DNA of 62,900 nucleotides, counting the filler, from Octopus bimaculoides (taxonomy: Eukaryota): NCBI RefSeq assembly GCF_001194135.2. It is 4 parts of 4 records of this genome, joined end to end, with 100 filler letters (N's around TTAATTAATTAA, not from the genome) between each part and the next. Parts side by side here need not be neighbours in the genome. Positions count along the whole stretch, not along the records: positions 14,333 to 44,575 come from NC_068996.1; positions 44,676 to 59,920 come from NC_069004.1; 2 more parts are not named here. One strand, written 5' to 3'. The translations under genes were made by a program, and so were the position numbers. Of the stretch, positions 37,955-50,639 are shown in pieces (within the stretch, counting starts at the first letter, position 1; each line of letters begins with the position of its first letter). Below the pieces are notes generated by a model. The model was given only the letters and a program-made list of their open reading frames with translations. It had not been told where the DNA came from and did no database searches.

Positions 37955-38910
37955 TATTGAGGTGAGTCAAACATTTTGCAATATTTGTATACATGCTAGC
38001 TTGCAGCATGTATATTGCATGACTGAAGAAGTTCAAGGTGTGGAAGGCACCCACTAAGACTGAGGTATCGTGGTAGTTGGTGTTGTTGACACGTGCATTG
38101 CTTTACTCCATATGTGATTTGAAAGCCACTCAGATGAATGTGCAATGTAGCTAATTTGGGAACTTATGCATTATGAGTTCAAACTGAGCTATAACAACAT
38201 GGAAGCAACCAATAACCATTTATTGTGCGTAAGGTGAAGGCACAGTTGATCACAGTACAGTAACCAGATGGTTCAGAAACTTTTGCTCAGGTAGCAAGTA
38301 CCTTGACAGTCAGGCATAGTCATGTCGGCTTGAAACCATGGACTTTGAAGCTGTGCTTGGTGAGTATCAGGTGAGCTCAGCATCTTATAGATGTATGCCA
38401 TTGTGTGACAAAAATAGCAATTTCTAATGGAAACAAAACCATTAAACAAAATCTAAGCGCTTTTGTGACTAATATTATTATGGGTATAAGAAAGTTACTC
38501 AGAATTACAAAGTACTGAAAGTTAGCTCTTCTGCTGCAAGACAATGCAAGACCTCATGCTATTCCAAGAACCCAGAAGAAATTCCAGGAACTTGAGGAAA
38601 TCAAACTGATGCCACAACCAGCATATAGTCTGGACCTAGCTCCCTCAAATTATTACTCGTTCTGATCCATGCCCCACTCTCTGTGCGCTCAACATTTCAT
38701 CAACTAAGAGGAGACTGAAGCTTCAGTGAAGGATTTCTTTACCTTGAAGAACAAGAATTAGTATCAGCATGGGATCAAGGAATTGCTAGAAAAATGGCTT
38801 CAGACAGTGCAATGGCGTCTACTTTGAATGCTAGGTTGATTTTGTTGTAATTTGTTGAGTAAAGCAAATAAGTTATTAAAACATTGCAAAACTTTTGAAC
38901 TCAACACAAA
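37955..38910 (+). mobile_element. Internally deleted mariner with a filler insertion
   Basis: Degenerate TIRs (GAGGTGAGTCAAACATTTTGCAAT and ATTGCAAAACTTTTGAACTCAAC); remnants YEFKL, STVTRWF, LQDNARPH and YSLDLAPS. Confidence 0.82.
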
Positions 38911-39479
38911 TTTTATAATATGCTCTTTGTATGTTAAGGTGTTTGGGTTCTTTTCTTCTCAATACTAATTGTTAATTTAGAAATTATATCAATTTTTATG
39001 AAATTGAAAATAGGTTCTTAATTTACCAACTTCCTTATTTGTTCATTATATGCTTTGTTATTAAAAAAAAAACAGTACAGAAATTTGTTGAACTGTGAAA
39101 ATAACATCTAATTTACTCTTAAAAAAAGGTTCTGATTTTGATGTTTTAACCCATTGGCACTCATGTCAAATGTAACACTTATTATTAATATTATTTTGAA
39201 TTAATCGTGCATTATCTTGTAGCTTTTGAGATTTTAATGTTTAGAATAACATTGTAGGGTAAGTGTAAGAGGCCAGATCTGGCAAATTTGAATTTAAAAC
39301 AGATAGGACATTTGAACCAGATATGACTAGTTTAAATGCTAAAGGATTGAATTAAAAAAATGCACTAGTATCATTTTTTTAAAAAGCTAAAGTAGCAGTG
39401 TTTCAAATACAATATGTAATTTTTATTTAGATATGACTTGATTTTTGCTTTAATGTTATATCTGTCTTCTGTGTTTTAG

Positions 39480-39561
39480 GCATCTTACCGAAACGGGAAT
39501 TGCAGAGTATCTTGAAAATGGAAACAAAAGCGTCGATGCAATTATGAAAATGGCACTTGAT
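39480..39561 (+). CDS. TDRD3: TDRD3 coding exon 2 (HLTETGIAEYLENGNKSVDAIMKMALD)
   Basis: Acceptor tgtcttctgtgttttag ends at 39479; donor GTATGT at 39562; resembles the TDRD3 DUF1767 segment. Confidence 0.88.
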
Positions 39562-40966
39562 GTATGTATGTTTTAAAATTTTCATTATGTTTTAGTGAAT
39601 TATGGGAAGTGAAATAGTTTAAATCTGTTTAAGTGAGCGTTTCCACATCCTCATTCTTTTAATACCTAATATCCTGTACACCTTGAATCTGCCTGTTAGT
39701 GGTAGCACATGTATTTCCCAGTCCTGTAAAGCCTTGAAACTGCCCAAATTCAAATTTTTTGTTTATATATATTTTAAAGGACACCATAAACTTCCTAATC
39801 TAAGGTAGAAATTCTGTAAACCTTTATTCTGTTGCGTGTTAGTTTTTCCTATTTGATACCAAATATAAAGTATTTCCCTGGTGAATTCTGTCATCTTTTC
39901 AATTCAATAATGTTACACATCTCTGATGATTTGACAGTGTCTTGATTATGTAGTTTTCATTTTGTAGCTAAAAATCACCTTATGTTAATGAAACCTGCAA
40001 AATAGTATAACTGAATAGAGACAAGCACAGGTGTCTTGCTACAGAGAAGATACATGACTGAAGGAGATAAAAAGAACATTCTGATGGGTTGCTAGAGCAG
40101 ACTCTCAAATACAAGAGGTGGAGGGAGGGATAAGAGAGGATATGGACAGAGGGTCGTGAGAGAGTATTAGAGAGTGGATACTCTCATAAGAGTATGAGGG
40201 GGGGAATTAACAGATGCAGGTAGATGTGAAGGTAGTGAGTAATGAACAAAGGTGAAGGTGCAGTTGTAAGGAAATATCAGTCTAGAGAGGGGTAAGTACC
40301 AGTATGGTGTGAGATATAGGAGTGGATGAGAAGTAATGAGATGATGTGGAAGATGTAGGACCAGTGGAAAGGGTGATATAGAGGTACATAAGAAGCCATA
40401 GAATGTGGGACATGATAGTAGAAATGAGGGGGCATTGAGAATGGTAGCAAATAAGGTGTTAAGAATGGAGTATAACAGAGGGGAGAGAGTGACTGAAGGC
40501 ACAGAAAGAGGTGGTTGGTAGAGATAGTGTAAGCAAGGATGATAATGTGGAATGGAATTTGTTCCATGGGGTAGGTAGGGAGGTGACTAGAAGGGAGATG
40601 TAATATGTACCAATTTTGCTCTCAGTTGATTATAGTAACTAAGTAGTACCATAGAAGAGGAGTGAGCAGTGTTAAGGGAAGAGAATTCAGGGGTGGGGGT
40701 TGATGTGTCAGAAAAAAGAGAAGTAAGACAAAGCCCTGCACATACAAGCATGACTAAGTGGTTTTAGGATGTGTGTGTGTATGCATAGTTGTGAGATTAA
40801 GGAGTTTGTTTTCCAACCCTGTGGTCTTGAGATCAGCCCCAGTGTGAAGCATCTTTTGCAAGTGCCTTGTACTATGTCCCTGGGTTGACCAAAGCCTTTT
40901 GAAAAGATTTGAGTTGATGGATACTGAAAGGAGCTCATCATTTGTGTGTGTGTGTATATTTATATA

Positions 40967-42106
40967 TCAGGTCATCCCATGAGTTCTGTCCTATTTTACC
41001 TTTTTTAAAATTGAATGAAATTTAATAGTATTTTAGAATGTCCAATGGAATTAAAAATTATTTTAATGCATTTGTGTACATTTAAACTAATTAAATATTA
41101 TTTTACAGAATAATAGAATTAAAACTTCTTAGATTAAAACCCTTTCTAACATGGAAGTATCCAAAGAGCATTTGAGGCACATAATGCTTTGAGTACAAAA
41201 AAAGGAAACTCTGCAGCCGAAGTGACTTGAAAGTTTAAGGGAAAGAATGCTCGAATGAAAGAACTTGCAGAAGATGATTTGCAAAATTCAGAACTGGAGA
41301 TTTCAGCCTTGAAGATGAAGATCGAACAGGATGTCCAGCTGAGTTTGATGATAAGCTCCTTGAGGCATTACTTGAAGAAAATCCTGCATTATCAGTTGAA
41401 GAATTGGCAATAAAGCTTAGTTCAAACCATACAACTGTTCATCGTCATCTTCAACAACTTGGAAAGGTTCCTAAACTTGGAAAATGGGTGCCTCATGAAT
41501 TGTCTGAAAGCAACCGCAAATCCTGAGTTGACATCTGCTCTTCTTTCCATTCTTGCGAACTCATTTCACCCTTTTTGGATAGACTTGTGGCTGGTGACGA
41601 AAAATGGATCTTCNNNNNNNNNNNNNNNNNNNNNNNNNNNNNNNNNNNNNNNNNNNNNNNNNNNNNNNNNNNNNNNNNNNNNNNNNNNNNNNNNNNNNNN
41701 NNNNNNNNNNNNNNNNNNNNNNNNNNNNNNNNNNNNNNNNNNNNNNNNNNNNNNNNNNNATAAAGATCACATCACAGAAGATTGAAGAGCTTGGTTGGGG
41801 AAAAAATTCCTCATCCACCTTATTCTCCTGACCTTGCTCCTTCAGACTACCATTTGTTTCGTAGTTTACAGAATCATTTTGGGAACATAACTTTCGCAAG
41901 CCAGGAGGTCGAAACTGACATTTCAGAGTTCTTTGCTTTGAAACCAAAAGAGTTTTACATTGATGGGATTAAAAAGCTTGTAAATAGATGGAAGGAAGTC
42001 CTAGATAATCAGGGAAAGTACATTGATGATTAAATTTCAATTAAATATAACATTTGATCACTTGTTTTCTTTATTCAAAATTTGGACAGAACTTATGGAA
42101 GGTGTA
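40967..42106 (+). mobile_element. Near full-length mariner element (frameshifted) in TDRD3 intron 2
   Basis: TIRs CCATGAGTTCTGTCC and GGACAGAACTTATGG; motifs WVPHEL, GDEKW and HPPYSPDLAPSDYHLFRSLQN. Confidence 0.92.
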
Positions 42107-42193
42107 TGTATGTATATATTTATTCATATTTATGCATGTATATATGTTTATAGATGTATTTAACGAATTTTGGTGCCTTTGTATCATTTTCAG

Positions 42194-42259
42194 GTTGACC
42201 TGAGACACATCGGTCAAAAATTCCTGCCAGATGATATTAACCGAGGCAAGATAGACTAT
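42194..42259 (+). CDS. TDRD3: TDRD3 coding exon 3 (VDLRHIGQKFLPDDINRGKIDY)
   Basis: Acceptor ttttcag ends at 42193; donor GTAAGC at 42260; resembles the DLR.IG..FLP.DIN.GK motif. Confidence 0.92.
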
Positions 42260-42993
42260 GTAAGCATAAGGTTTGCTCTTAATTATGTTTTTTTACTTCC
42301 TTTTTAGATATTGAAAAATAATTTCCATCTACATTCACCATTCATATTGCTTTAACATTGTATGTGGACACTAGTGGTCAGGTATTTCTTCCATAGCAAG
42401 TTGTTGCAGAGTTTTCTTATAGTTTTTAAGCTTTCCTTATTTGATATCTGCTTTCCATGTTTGGCTGGATTGAATTTGTCTTCACAGTTTGGGTCACCCC
42501 ACCACCTTGAGAGTCATTACCATTCTAGTCAGTTTGGAGGTCAGTGTCTCCTCTATATGCATTGTTTTATCCTAGTTTCTACAAGATGTTTGCTGGTAAG
42601 TGTTGGGTCAGTCTAGAAATGGTTCTGTAAGGTGTGGTGCAAGCTTTATTGGACCTAAAATTTTAAGCTGTGCAATTGGTGACACAGTAACTTTCTGATG
42701 TCTAGTTGTGTAGGAGGGCTCTGCAGCAAGCATGGAAGCCACAGGTATGAAGCCTGGGTCAAGCAAATGTGTGTGCAATAACCTTATGCACAGGCATTAC
42801 TGACATTTTGCATAGGCAATGGTTAATGATAGTCTCCCTTGGTTGCAAGTGGATAGCCATCAAATGTGTTTTGCTCAACCCGAAAGTGTAATAGAGAACA
42901 ATAGCTGACTGCATCCTTAGGTTTGGAATAAACTGCATGGTTTTGAAGTGAACTTCTCAGCCATATAGCTATGTCTACACACATAAACACATG

Positions 42994-43024
<31 letters not shown>

Positions 43025-43306
43025 TCAGTTTTCTCATTACTTAAGATAACTGAAGGATATTTTTACATACACACACACACTTCATTGCTTAAATATTATT
43101 TTAATCAGTTTGCTTTGTTTGTTCAATAAGCTTTTTCCAATAGCTTGGATCAGCAGGATATAGTCTCTATTGAAGATTATTTATCTTATGATTCAACTTC
43201 TTCTTCATAAATTTTATGGATAGAATTTTGTGTGTGTGTGTGTGTGTGTATAAAAAAAAAAAAAAATTGTACTTTATATTATATTTACTGCCTAATTATT
43301 TTTCAG

Positions 43307-43467
43307 ATCCAAGGTCCTTGTGTTCTCCAAATTCAGAAAATACGCAATGTATCTGCCCCTAAAGAAAATGAAGAATCACAAGCAGCTCCACGCTTATTAA
43401 AACTGTCTTTGACTGATGGTCATTGCACATGTTATGGCATTGAATTAGAATCTATTAATTCTGTCAG
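43307..43467 (+). CDS. TDRD3: TDRD3 coding exon 4 ([54 protein letters not shown])
   Basis: Acceptor tttttcag ends at 43306; donor GTAAAT at 43468; OB-fold sequence very close to TDRD3. Confidence 0.96.
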
Positions 43468-44362
43468 GTAAATTTTCTTAATTTAAAAATACAGTTGTAA
43501 ACTTCAAAACCTTTTCAGACCAATAATCAATTTTTTTTTTACTATTAAAATTGGTGAGCCACAGCCTTTGAATCTTCTGTAGGTACAAGTAAACTATATT
43601 CATCCCTTAAACGTCCAGCTACTGTCACCACACATTAATATTCTCTCGTCTGTTTATCATTCTTCTGTATCATTTACAGCCAGTATCTCAATCATCCATG
43701 ACTCTATCACTCATGATCTCTATCTCTGTCATCACTTTTCATTTCTTACATTCTCTCTAATCACCTCATTCATTTCATTGCACCCTTGCAGCCCAGAGTG
43801 GCATTGCATCAGTCCAATACATTTGTTAATGAGGCATCATCATTTAGTATCACTTTATAAGTAAGGAATTTGTATGATGTCATCAGTTCCTTCATTGTTT
43901 TAATGTCAAATTTTCTAATGTTTTCCACCATTTTCAAATTGGTATATTGGCAACTTTAAATATTTTGGAAGATAGGAATCTGTTTTGTACAAATAGATGA
44001 AATTTTTAAAAGAAGAATGGAAAAAGATAAAATTAAATTAACTATTTCTTTTAGCTATTTTTTATGTAAGTTGAATATAGATCTGTAATTTTGATTAAGT
44101 GACTTTCACTTTTGAAATTTCTTATGCAGCTGTTAAATTTTACTTCAGATGTTGAACAAGTGAATCAGCTCACAGAGCAATGAAAGAGAGGCACTTAATG
44201 CAGTATAGAAAAGTCGAATATTTCTATATTTGAAGATTTTTTTTTTTTTTTGGTCTGGAAGTATACTGTAATAGGTTTAGACTCAGAAGTACTTTGTCTA
44301 AATGTGAAAAATAACTTAATTCAAGAAATCAAAGGAACTGAGAATCTCAATTTTCATTTCAG

Positions 44363-44504
44363 TTTGAATACTCCTCCAGGAAGTAAAGTTTTGTTTACTG
44401 GAACCATTCCTGTTGAGAATGGATTTTTACAGCTCAATGGTAAAAATACCAAAAGTATTGGTGGCAGAGTTGAAAAACTTGTTGAAAATTGGGAGCTGAA
44501 GCGG
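44363..44504 (+). CDS. TDRD3: TDRD3 coding exon 5 (S-LNTPPGSKVLFTGTIPVENGFLQLNGKNTKSIGGRVEKLVENWELKR)
   Basis: Acceptor tttcatttcag ends at 44362; donor GTAGGT at 44505; carries the LNTPPG.K and GG.VE.L.E.W motifs. Confidence 0.96.
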
Positions 44505-44575
44505 GTAGGTCCAATTTCAGTGAAGAATAGATACACAAATCTATTCTATTTTTGTTTTAAAATATGTTTTCTATT

Positions 44576-44675
44576 NNNNNNNNNNNNNNNNNNNNNNNNN
44601 NNNNNNNNNNNNNNNNNNNTTAATTAATTAANNNNNNNNNNNNNNNNNNNNNNNNNNNNNNNNNNNNNNNNNNNN
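44576..44675. other. Artificial 100-bp scaffold-joining spacer
   Basis: 44 N + TTAATTAATTAA (44620-44631) + 44 N. Confidence 0.95.
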
Positions 44676-45428
44676 AGTACCCATACTTTTAAGCTATACA
44701 ATTCCGAGGTACCTTTGTTCGAACTCAGTCTCGTAAAAGGGAATTTAATTTTCCCGTTATGTAAGACCGGCAGTTTCTCATGCATCAGGTGATCCCTCTG
44801 CACGTCAGTGGTGAGGTTTAGGAGAGCCTCAACGATCGATAGAGCTTGGCGCCGTTATCGTCTCGTAAGAACTTTGCGTGTGTTTGTGTGTGCGCGTGTT
44901 TATGTGTAGTTTTGTGTGTGTGTGCTGTGTGTAGCTTAATGAAATATTTGTGTTGAGTCAGTAGCAAATACAGTATCCTACCGCGCTTATGTACCCGTAA
45001 TATTTAACAAGAGCACATACGGGCTGCACCTCCCGGGAGCATGTATGCAGTCCCTGAACCATTAAGAAACAGCAACAAAATTTCTAAATTACCTCCACCC
45101 CCGGCCGTCTTGTGCCAAATATAAAAGACACAAAATATAATGTAACCTTAGATATAACTATATAATACGACGTGGTATTCACGGTGGGGATATACTTGTT
45201 CAAAAGAGCTTCAGGTTTGTCAATCATGCGGTAGTGCGTTCGTTTCCTTGACTGGGCTCTGTGTTGTGTTCTTGAGCCAGACATTTCTATTTCAAGTTCT
45301 TCTAGTTCACACGGCTGTAGAAGTGAGCTGCGACGTCCCAGGGGCCAAGCTGTATTGGCCCCTTTGCCTTTCCTTGGGATAACATATAGATTGATAGATA
45401 GATATAAATATACGTATACGTATATATG

Positions 45429-45460
<32 letters not shown>

Positions 45461-45529
45461 CATACTTATATACATACATATATATACATATCTATATATA
45501 TATACATATATTTATATATAAATATATTC

Positions 45530-45583
<54 letters not shown>

Positions 45584-46022
45584 CCATATATACATATGTA
45601 TATATAGATATACATATATATATTAAATTGTGAGGAGCACCTTTATATCTTACGCATTTCATGTTTAATTCTACAAGAAACGTCACACAGTAATGCCGAA
45701 AACAAACAATAAAAACAAATGAGAATAGAGTGGTTGAGCGACCGGAGAGAGAACCTTTGCATGTCTGATCGATCTGTGAGCAATTACGGTCGTTGAGTCA
45801 TATGATCATGCTCTATAGATTTGAAAAACGGGAAATGAAATATTTGACGATATAGATTCGGATATACATTGGAATAAAACAGACTGGATGATCACGGCTG
45901 GAGCGGCATTTATCAAAGCGCTGCTCGATCACGTCTGAGTTCGGACTAAGATCATCACGATCAGCAACAACAAAAACAGCAAAATGAATAGAGATGAGAA
46001 TAAATCATTGCACTATAACAAT

Positions 46023-46041
46023 TCTTCTTCTTCTTCTTCTT

Positions 46042-46125
<84 letters not shown>

Positions 46126-46205
46126 ACTGTTGTTACTATTGTTATTATTATCATTGTTTCAAAGACAACAATAACAATAGCAAAAACAACAACAACAACA
46201 ACAAC
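46023..46205. repeat. Compound (CTT)n-(ATT)n-(AAC)n microsatellite
   Basis: Directly visible. Confidence 0.9.
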
Positions 46206-47589
46206 AAGACAGTCTACAACAACAATAGGAAAAAAACAATAACAAAAGCAATAGTAACAACAGCATGATTGATTGTTAGCGAGAATAATTAAAAATCGAA
46301 TTTCAACGTGACGGAAGGTGTAAGATAGAGTCGCTCATTTCAAAAGCAAGTTATTGATTTCTCTCTCTCACACACACACACCCTCACTCTCTCCCCCTCT
46401 CTCTCACTCTATCTATCTATGTTTGTGTGTGTGTGTGTGTGTCTCTCTCTCTTTCCTTCGTACTCTCTTCCTGTCTCTTTTGCTCTGTCTGTCTGTCTGT
46501 CTGTCTCTTTCTTTAAGTATTCACAGTTCACACTGGTTTTTATTACCATTCATTAACAAATATTCCGCATAGCCGATTGTTTGCGGTATTTTTCTTGTTA
46601 AAGACATCAACTGTTTCATAGTATTTTCAGTTCTTTCAGAAACAGCACGTTCTTTGTCACAGTTGCGCAAGGAACCCCATGAACTCATCCCAAATATCAT
46701 TAACTAAATAACAACAAACACACATTGAGGAACAACAAATAAGTGCGAATGCAACGGATTGATGCCGCACCGATTATGTGGAGACCGGCAAAAATTAATA
46801 TTACGTAAACTAGGCGGAAGGATGGAGAATCGAATAAAAACTATAACAGAAAACAAGTAGTATGTTCAAAGTCTGGTACTCACATCACATATAATCATTC
46901 AACAATATATAGGGATTAAATGCAGCCACGCTGTCGAGGTACATTTGGGACTTGTAGGACAATATAATACATAAAATATAGGCTGGCCGAACAAAGATGG
47001 TGCCAGACTGAATAAAATTAGGTACAATGCATCTCCCTCTTCCGTATGCTTTATAGAAAAATACGTCGTAGTCACCTAGTATGAATGCTTGTATAAAGAG
47101 TATATAAAAAAATTATTTTTATAAAGATGTCAAGACTAAGAATACTGTAAATATTTGATGATGTAATAGTGGCACCAGCACGGAAATTTTAGCGACATCA
47201 GTACAACTTTTTTTACATCTGTCTAGCAAAAAAATGATGAACAATAAAATGAATAACTGAAATATATAACAATTTAGAAATACCAGATATAATAACAAAA
47301 AATAAAGAATATAACGATAGACTAACGTTCTTTAGCGACACCAGACAGAAGCCAACCAAGAGTCAATAAAATATGAAAGTGGATATAATAAATAAATTGA
47401 CCAACCAAAAAAAAAAAAAAAAATTGTGAAGAAATGACGTTGGAAAGCAATCGCACGATATTAGTTAGAAATATGTTACCCACAATAAAATAAAAGATGA
47501 AAACAAATGAAAATTGAAAGAAAATGGATGTAATAAAATAACTCTCCAACGGAGTTAACCCAACCAGTGAATTTTCCAGAATATATCAC

Positions 47590-47995
47590 ATGAATGATAA
47601 AAAAAAACTCAAAAATATAAATGTACTTAATTTTTCTTACCCCTAGAAATATGAAAGATAAAATCGACAGCAGCGGTATTTGAATTCTAAACGTTCAGAG
47701 TCGGAAGAAATGCCGCTGAGCATTTTTTCGCCGCCTTATTGTAAAGATTATCTATGTTTATATCTAAGTCTATGTTTATCCCTAAAGATAATCTTTTCTA
47801 CAATAGGGAAAAAGCCAAAAATTTCCAACTAGAGTATTCAACTGATACTTATTATATCAACTCTGAAATGATGAAAAGAAAATTTGACCACAGCGGAATT
47901 TGAACTCAGAGGTGTCAGAGGTTCAATATTTGTCGCTAATCAATTTTTCCGGTTTTGTAACGATTCTGCCAGCTCACCGCCTTGTTGTGAAGATT
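47590..47995 (-). mobile_element. Two tRNA-derived SINE copies (reverse orientation)
   Basis: GAATTTGAACTCAGA and ATTCTGCCAGCTCACCGCCTT are the reverse complement of the family head; further copies lie at about 48900, 49750, 51340-51720, 54180, 54560 and 56590. Confidence 0.75.
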
Positions 47996-50075
47996 TAAAT
48001 ATTATGTATATTTATCTCTAAAGATAATAACAATCATTTAGGAAAACCAAAACAATATTAGAAACCCAAGGCCCACGATTAAAATCTCAGTTGCCCAAAA
48101 CATCCCCATCTTTCAAACTTTATTATGTTTTGTCTAACACATAAGCTTTGACTGGAATTCAAAAATAAACCACGATATTTGTGTAAAATAAGACACATCA
48201 CAAGAACATTTGAAAGCTTTTTGGTCAAATGTCTAGAATAAAAAATAAGGACGTCAGCCGCTATTGAAATGGTTGCGTACAGTCATCAAGCATCGCTGTA
48301 TGAATATCAATAATACACATTTATTTCAGCATCTCCCTATAGATCAAAGGGAGGCTATATACTCGGAAAGCACCAGGAAGGAACTTAATAAGTGGGCATA
48401 GATACAAGATGTCGACGTTTCACATAATACCACAACACACCTGTATATTTAAAAGAAAAATGCTAATCAAATCGACATGTCATACTAGCTTGCCACAGCA
48501 CGTGCAAGTTTTGCAGCTAGCAATAAAACTAGTCAGTTGGCTGAAAAATATGGGCGTATTGTTTACTTAAACAATTTGGATAAACTTTACACAAAACTGC
48601 CACAATGAATTCCTTGAAGACTATTCCCAGAACAGCAACGAGGTTGTGATTGATGACCAGGCAAGTGGAAAGGACGGAGCATAAGAATATGTCGAACGGC
48701 TTCAGATTGATAAAGAGCTGTGTTTTCTGAAGAAAGATAAAGAACGCCGGTTGAAACATTGAACCAATATGGCGTGTTTACTGAAAGGAGCCTGATTCAA
48801 TTCCCTACAAATATATTTTTGGATTTACTTGGATTCGACAAAAGTATCTACTACCTTAGATTATTGCAGCCCTGGAATAAGAAAAAAAAAAAAACGTCAT
48901 TGTAATTCTTCTGTTATTTTGGAATCCGAGTTCAAATCACACTGAGATCAACTTTGTTTCATTATCTCGAAGTGTTTAAAATATAATGTATCAGGTATAT
49001 ATTGGTGCACATTTTTTCTATCACACCTGAAAATCGGATGTGATGTACTTAGAGAGGAAACGAAATATAATTAGGTTCCATACTAAAACAAAACGACCGA
49101 GGGAAACGCTAAAGATTTATAAACATTCTTTGAAAGTCGCATTGCATCGTTCAAACACTAGCCGTAAGCATAATCAAAATCGAGCCAATGAGGATGTTTT
49201 TATTGTAGCAGAGAACTCGATATTCTAAAACTAGATGTTGAATCTCCTTCAAGTTACATCTTCTTAAATCGACTACACTGTTCTAACAAAGTTCATTTTT
49301 TTTTTTCAGGAAAATGGAACCAGATTAAGATAGTGGGAACATGCTTCAAACATTCGTGGGAAATTGAAACAGGGGATATAAGCGGCAGTGGAAGCACTGA
49401 CTTACTTTATCGCAAGGGATGGTTAAACTAAATCTGTTGCCATATTTTCAGCCATTCAAGTCATGATAAAGATCTAAGCCATTATTTATTGCTTTATAAG
49501 TGAAAGCTTAAGGATTTTCTCAGATAATATATCTCCCAAAAAATGCCTGAAGAGATAATATTTGTCTGAGAGCCAAAATATTTTACTATTCAAACTGATG
49601 CTATTTAAATTTACAGAATGCTTCAGAACGCTGCTGTTGTTATTGTTATTATTGTTGTTACATTTAATGTTGTAGGTTCCAACTATGACCATCTCCGCGG
49701 ATGTCTTTCATATATTAAGTTTTGCATTGTCTGATGTGTGTTTTGAAAATAATATTATCGTCTCTACTCTAGGCACAAGGCTCGAAGTTTTTTGGGATGG
49801 GGGCAGTCGACTAGATCGCTCCCACTACGCAACTGGTACTTAATTTATCGACCCCGAAAGAATGAAAGGCAAAATCTATAATGTAATACGAATACGTCTT
49901 GGTTGATGATTATAGTAAATCTAAGGATCGTATGAAGGCTTCCTCAGAAAATCTAAATCAAGTTCTAAAACAAATGGGACAATATTGTTCATGTTATTCA
50001 ACATTATTCTCTCCTTCTCTCCCTCTTTCTCGCTTTCTATCTCTTTCCTTCTTTCTTTCTTTCTCTTTCTTTCTT

Positions 50076-50117
<42 letters not shown>

Positions 50118-50639
50118 ACACACACATACACATGCATTCATACGTAAGTACGTACATGCATACATCCATCCATCCATCCATCCATACATACATACATACA
50201 CACATCCGTCCATCCATCCATCCATCCATCCATACATACAAACATACATACATACATACATGCATACCTACATATATACATATATACATATATACATGTG
50301 TACGTACACGCTAACATGATATTCATGAGTTTATCATTTTTGTCGTGATTCCATACTGCGTGAAACAAAGCGGCACAATAACGTGCCGCCGTTAACCATT
50401 CTTTCGTTTAGATGATGATAATGAGAAGCTAATGCTACGTTATTGAAAATAAGAAAGATTTTGCTTCAAGCCAAACGTAACCGACCAACCACATGCAAAA
50501 AATATTTTACTTAGATGTGTGTCGCATCATCCACTCAACAGCTACAGAAGTCTCAGACGCTCTGGAAATGACTCTTTGAGCCGCCGTTCCTTTTTAGAAA
50601 ATCTCAGTATCAAAATATCTTCATTGCGGTTAATTTTTC

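Larger units (their letters stand above)
17796..44504 (+). other. TDRD3: TDRD3 (Tudor domain-containing protein 3) gene, 5' part only: join(17796-17827, 39480-39561, 42194-42259, 43307-43467, 44363-44504); truncated by segment end
   Basis: The exons splice in frame with GT-AG sites and compatible phases (2,0,0,2) to give [161 protein letters not shown]. This matches the remembered TDRD3 N-terminus ([39 protein letters not shown]). Confidence 0.95.

Noticed and set aside
39480-44504. Alternative assignment of the OB-fold exons to RMI1
   Set aside because: RMI1 shares the fold, but the [22 protein letters not shown] and SLNTPPG segments and the short N-terminus match TDRD3.
44250-44627. 125-aa ORF in the track
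   Set aside because: Only 44363-44504 is exonic; the flanks are intron read-through and N gap.
48240-48460. Possible Penelope GIY-YIG tail and a reverse GAAACGTCGAC hammerhead end
   Set aside because: No intact CUGANGA core or stem II and only vague protein similarity; too decayed to call.
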